From Squalus acanthias (lineage: Eukaryota): a DNA stretch of 64,000 nt. Location: assembly GCA_030390025.1 (NCBI GenBank), contig CM059430.1, positions 73,036,001 through 73,100,000 of the forward strand. Reading direction: 5' to 3'. The position numbers and the translations under genes were made by a program. The notes under the pieces were generated by a model, which saw only the letters and a list, made by a program, of their open reading frames with translations, searched no databases and was not told where the DNA came from. This document shows positions 60,148 through 64,000 of this stretch, in pieces. How positions within the stretch are numbered: position 1 is the stretch's first letter; each line of letters starts with the position of its first letter.

Positions 60148-62184
60148 TCACTGGCCAGAGCCTTTATTTTGATGCACTTCCCAAGTCCCTTCGTGTCTGG
60201 AGCATAGCTCGCCGTCCCTTCCCCTGTACTTTGTACACAGCAGGTAGAGAACTATCCCGAGCTGGCAGACCACCAAAAGATGGGAAGCCATCCTGATTCA
60301 GGACGGCACCTCTACATTCTCGAAAATATCCCACCAGGGTGAAACTACTATAACCAAAATCTCTGCCCCTATTTCAACTGTTTTCTGTTCCAGGTTGAAG
60401 AAATGTTTTTGTGAAATCTCTACAGCTTTAAGTAGGATGGTAAGATGTTCGGGTAGAGGGGGAATTTTATATCCAAAGTAAGTCACATTCTTTTGCAGGT
60501 TGGTGATGTTTTCTGTTACAGTGATGTGAACAGTGGAGGGTTCAGGAATGTGTACAATCCGTTCCTGGGCCACTTGAACTTCTGCCTCGGGTTTAAAGCA
60601 GAAACTGCTGTCACTTACCGGACACCAGAATTGTCCATGCTGGTAGTGGGACGCACCTGTGGTGACACAATATGTCCCACCCCCTATATAGGCTACCTGT
60701 GGGGAAACATGGCCGTGTGCCATCACCTCCATGGTACAATTGATAGGTCGTGCGCCAGCAGCTTTAAACCCGCACTGTGGTTTGGAATAGGCGTTCAAGT
60801 GCTGGGGACACAGTATTATGTGTGAACCCCGGCTCCGGCACCCGGATAAGTCAGTACCTGTCATGGCGAGCTCCCACTTTATGACATAAGGTGGGACCGC
60901 TGTAAAACGGATGTGTGCACCCCCTGTGCAGCCTGATCCGATGCATTCCTATCCTCCCATATGAGTGCATTTACTGTTTTGGCATGCCTTTCCAATTCTG
61001 CAATAATTTCCTTTAAATGTACCGTCATAGCTTGGTCCTCATGTAGCTCTGAGCCTACCACTGTGTTCCCATCCTTCAGCATCCTTTTTAACTGGGTTTT
61101 TAAACCATTTATCTGCGTCTGTAATTCCATGTCATCCAGGCTATTTATTACAGAGGACCCTGTACTATAGGCAGTGAAGACATCATTCCAGGCACCCCTT
61201 GTTTGTCTACCCGTGCCCATAGGGTTCTCAGGGTGTATTCTGTGTAGCTCTACTTTGTCTATATTGGCGAAATCAAATTCGTAAAATTCCTAAACATTTC
61301 CTTTAGCAGGGCCTGGTACAGCTGCTCCGTCTCCTCAGAAGACCACTCAGGTAAGTATACCTCGGTAAGGTTTAATATTACTGAAGCAACTGCATAGTGT
61401 ACCCCCTGGTATAGTACCTTTTCGGTTGCTACTAGGACTAACCCATTCCCTGGTCCCTTGGTGGTGGTAGGGCACTTTTCTTCCAGGGCTTTCGGTACCT
61501 GGGTCGTGGTTAGGGGCTTTCGGGTGTGTGCCACGTGTTCAGTGGCATTAACTGGGACCGGAATGTGTGGGACCACGCACCCATGCAGGCTAGAGTCCCA
61601 ATCTATCCCCTTCCCGGCATTTTGCCATTGGCTGGAGAAAATGATGGATACCCCTGTGGGGCAGGATTCTCTGATCCCCACATACAAACATAGACTCCCT
61701 GTTCCGACGCCCACCACTTATTCCAACAAACATTAATTCCTCCTTGGGTCCCTGTGATTGTCCGGTGGGTGTCGTTCCCTAATCTTTCCCAGTCGGCTGT
61801 ATGGTCCCCTGCGTCCCTGCTCAGCTTCCTGAGCCATCACCACCTATTCAAGGGAATTCGTCCCTTACAGGTAAGGCACACACGCTTCCCCTCGGTGACA
61901 CTGACCCTTGTGGCAACGACCTGTATTCTGGGGCATGGGAGGGAGGCCTCCCCGTACGTGAACCCGGGCTGGTTGGAGTATTTAGTAGAGTTGGACCCCT
62001 GCCACCCTGGCCACCTTCCCTCGTGGAAGTAGATGGCGAGCGCCTCAACTCCCCGCTCGCCAGACCCTGCGGTGACGACTGGTGCTCTCACTCCTGAGCA
62101 CCCATAGATGTGGGAGTCCTCCACGTCACCTCGGTCACCGATGCTCACCCCTACCAGGGTGAACAGGAGCAAAAACCTTGTCAT
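60148..62184 (-). pseudogene. env: env: signal peptide, Ig-like domain, F-like class I fusion protein (disrupted)
   Basis: Splice acceptor ccctacag 13 nt before MTRFLLLFTLVGVSIG; furin-like RQTR|GAWNDVF; heptad repeat; Cys-rich region; WW motif and TM. Two in-frame TGAs, about 3 frame breaks and an internal deletion. Confidence 0.85.
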
Positions 62185-62930
62185 CCTGAATTCCTTTCTG
62201 TAGGGGCACACACAAAACATATATCCATGTCCCAGACAGGTTCTCTGGCTGGATAATTAATCAAGCACTTAAACTTAAAAAAATCTACAAACAACTAAAC
62301 TAATGATAACCATAACCACCGAAACTGCAATTACTTAAAACCGAAAATTCTGTACATTTGCCGCTGTCTCCGGACGGCCAGTTTAAATCCTGTTCCGTCT
62401 CTGCCTTATGTGGCCTCTGGATGGCTTGTACACCTGGGTGTAGTGCAGCCTGTACCGCCGGACCCAGAAGGCCTTCCTCAAAACCGCTGGGGTTTCTTAA
62501 CATCCCAGCTGCGTCATGTGCTGCAGCACACTACGCCCTTTTGTGTGGCTGCCGCGCCCTCGTTCATATCTGTGGGCTCCTCCCAGCCTGAGGCTGCGGG
62601 CGGGGGACCCTTCTCTCTCTCTTCTTCCAGAACTACCTCTCCTGTCAAACCCTCACTGTTGGAGGCTGTAGGCTGGGAATCCCCAACTTTAGAACGCTCC
62701 CTGCTCTTGGGGGCTCTTTTTCGGGATGTAACCCTCTTTGGGTGGGACCCTCTAAACATATACACCTGTGGCCACAGTAGCCTTTGCTGTGGTGTGCGGG
62801 GAGACCTTCTTAGGGCTCTGGCCACTGGGGGCCTGCTTGAGTCGCACATATTCGGTGGAGTGACCTCTCCTGTGCAAAAACACACTGTCCCTCCCGTTGC
62901 AGCTTGTGCGTCTGCCACAGCTGCTGCTGG

Positions 62931-63590
62931 CTAAGGATATCTAACTTGGGGGCCAAGCAGCTTTGCCGGCTGTTCCCTTTTATGTTTAAACAGTTTGCAT
63001 TGGTCAATCTCCCACCCGTGGATTCGCTGGGGTTCTAACAGCAGCCGATTTTTCTGGTACTGGCTCCCCAGCTTACTGGCTGCTTGCCAGAGAACCTGTT
63101 TAAAAATCTCGTCCTCTGCCCTGAACGGACCTACTAGGGACTCCACACTCTCTCTCTTTACCAGGCCGGCCTTAAAGACGGGATTCTGGGCTTGGACCTG
63201 CTTTAAGTCCGGGGGCAAAGCTACTCCCTGTGTGCCTCCCTTGTCCCGGATTGCAGCTACCGGACCTGCTTTATAGTGATCCCATAACTCTCCTTCCCTG
63301 GCCCGCTGCTTAACCAACTTGTCGGCCTTTTGGTTACCCTCCCACGTGGTATGGAGGGATCCTAAATCTATGTCCAAAGGTTTGGACCTTGCCCCAGCCT
63401 GCTCGTTCCCTTTGATTCCCATTAAATTGTAGGGGACCCCGTTAAACCTGGGTGAATTGGACAGGTCTTCTGAAAGGACCACATTGCTAGCAGCTCCGGT
63501 GTCCACCAAACATCTCCCCTGCACTTTCTCCAACCACTTCTTAACATCGTATCCCGGGGAACACAGGTAGACAGGCTGCGCTGGTTCCAG
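62931..63590 (-). pseudogene. pol: Deleted pol: protease fused in frame to RNase H C-terminus and integrase remnants
   Basis: CLVDTGAA, then directly GNQKADKLVK (retroviral-type RNase H end) and DLKQVQAQNP; no RT or integrase core. Confidence 0.82.
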
Positions 63591-63672
63591 TCATATGTCT
63601 GCGTTAGGGGAGGGGGGGGCAGATGGGATTAATGCACCACTAGCTACCTTCCCTGGACCACCAAACAGGACC
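63591..63672 (-). pseudogene. gag: gag C-terminus with PSAPP motif and TGA stop in frame with pol
   Basis: VLFGGPGKVASGALIPSAPPSPNADI*LEPAQPVYLC...; TGA at 63591-63593. Confidence 0.6.
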
Positions 63673-64000
63673 TAAGAACATAAGAACATAAGAAATAGCA
63701 GCAGGAGTAGGCCAATTGGCCCCTCGAGCCTGCTCCGCCATTCAATAAGTCATGGCTGATCTGATCCTAACCGCCAATCTACTGTCACAGAACCATCTCC
63801 TGAACCTAACAGAATTGGACACACGAAATAGGAGCAGGATCAGGCTACACGGCCCCTGGGCCCGCTACATCACCCACAGGGCCATGACCAATCCGAACCT
63901 AGACTCATGTCCAAATTCCTGCCCGCTCCCCGTAACCCTTAATTCCCTTTACTTCTAGGAAACTGTCTATTCCTGTTTTAAATTTATGTAATGATGTAGC
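63673..64000 (-). mobile_element. CR1 LINE 3' end inserted into gag
   Basis: (taagaaca)n tail and ggagtaggcc..cccctcgagcctgctccgccattcaat. Confidence 0.85.

Larger units (their letters stand above)
58727..63672 (-). mobile_element. Internally deleted endogenous retrovirus-like element (lokiretrovirus-like); 5' part probably extends beyond the window
   Basis: Gag end, protease, RNase H end, env, PPT and 3' LTR in retroviral order. Confidence 0.85.

Noticed and set aside
61676-61929. Local capture of the Env Ig domain from the neighbouring receptor V exon
   Set aside because: Only generic Ig motifs are shared and no nucleotide-level similarity is visible; the proximity is probably coincidental

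Overview
This is repeat-dense vertebrate genomic DNA, most likely from a cartilaginous fish (inferred from an HE1-type V-SINE, abundant CR1/L2 LINEs and Penelope-associated hammerhead repeats). The host content on the minus strand is a non-rearranging Ig-superfamily receptor gene: leader (44854-44908), germline-joined VJ domain (44192-44504, with a 1-nt frameshift), C1 domain (36873-37178) and Arg-containing TM exon (33481-33595). A candidate Tyr-motif tail exon and a decayed paralog (C1 and TM exons only) lie downstream. The right end is a nested stack inside one CR1 LINE. It holds (i) a very young Ty3/Gypsy element with apparently identical 194-bp LTRs, a GTAAT TSD, a 1299-aa gag-pol, no tRNA primer site but an 11-bp fold-back suggesting self-priming, and an embedded SINE. 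It also holds (ii) an internally deleted retrovirus-like element with Gag-PSAPP-UGA(CUG)-Pol organisation and an Env resembling paramyxo/pneumovirus F proteins (lokiretrovirus-like). That Env unexpectedly carries an N-terminal immunoglobulin-like domain, which is the most novel observation. All calls were made by eye, and LINE boundaries are approximate.
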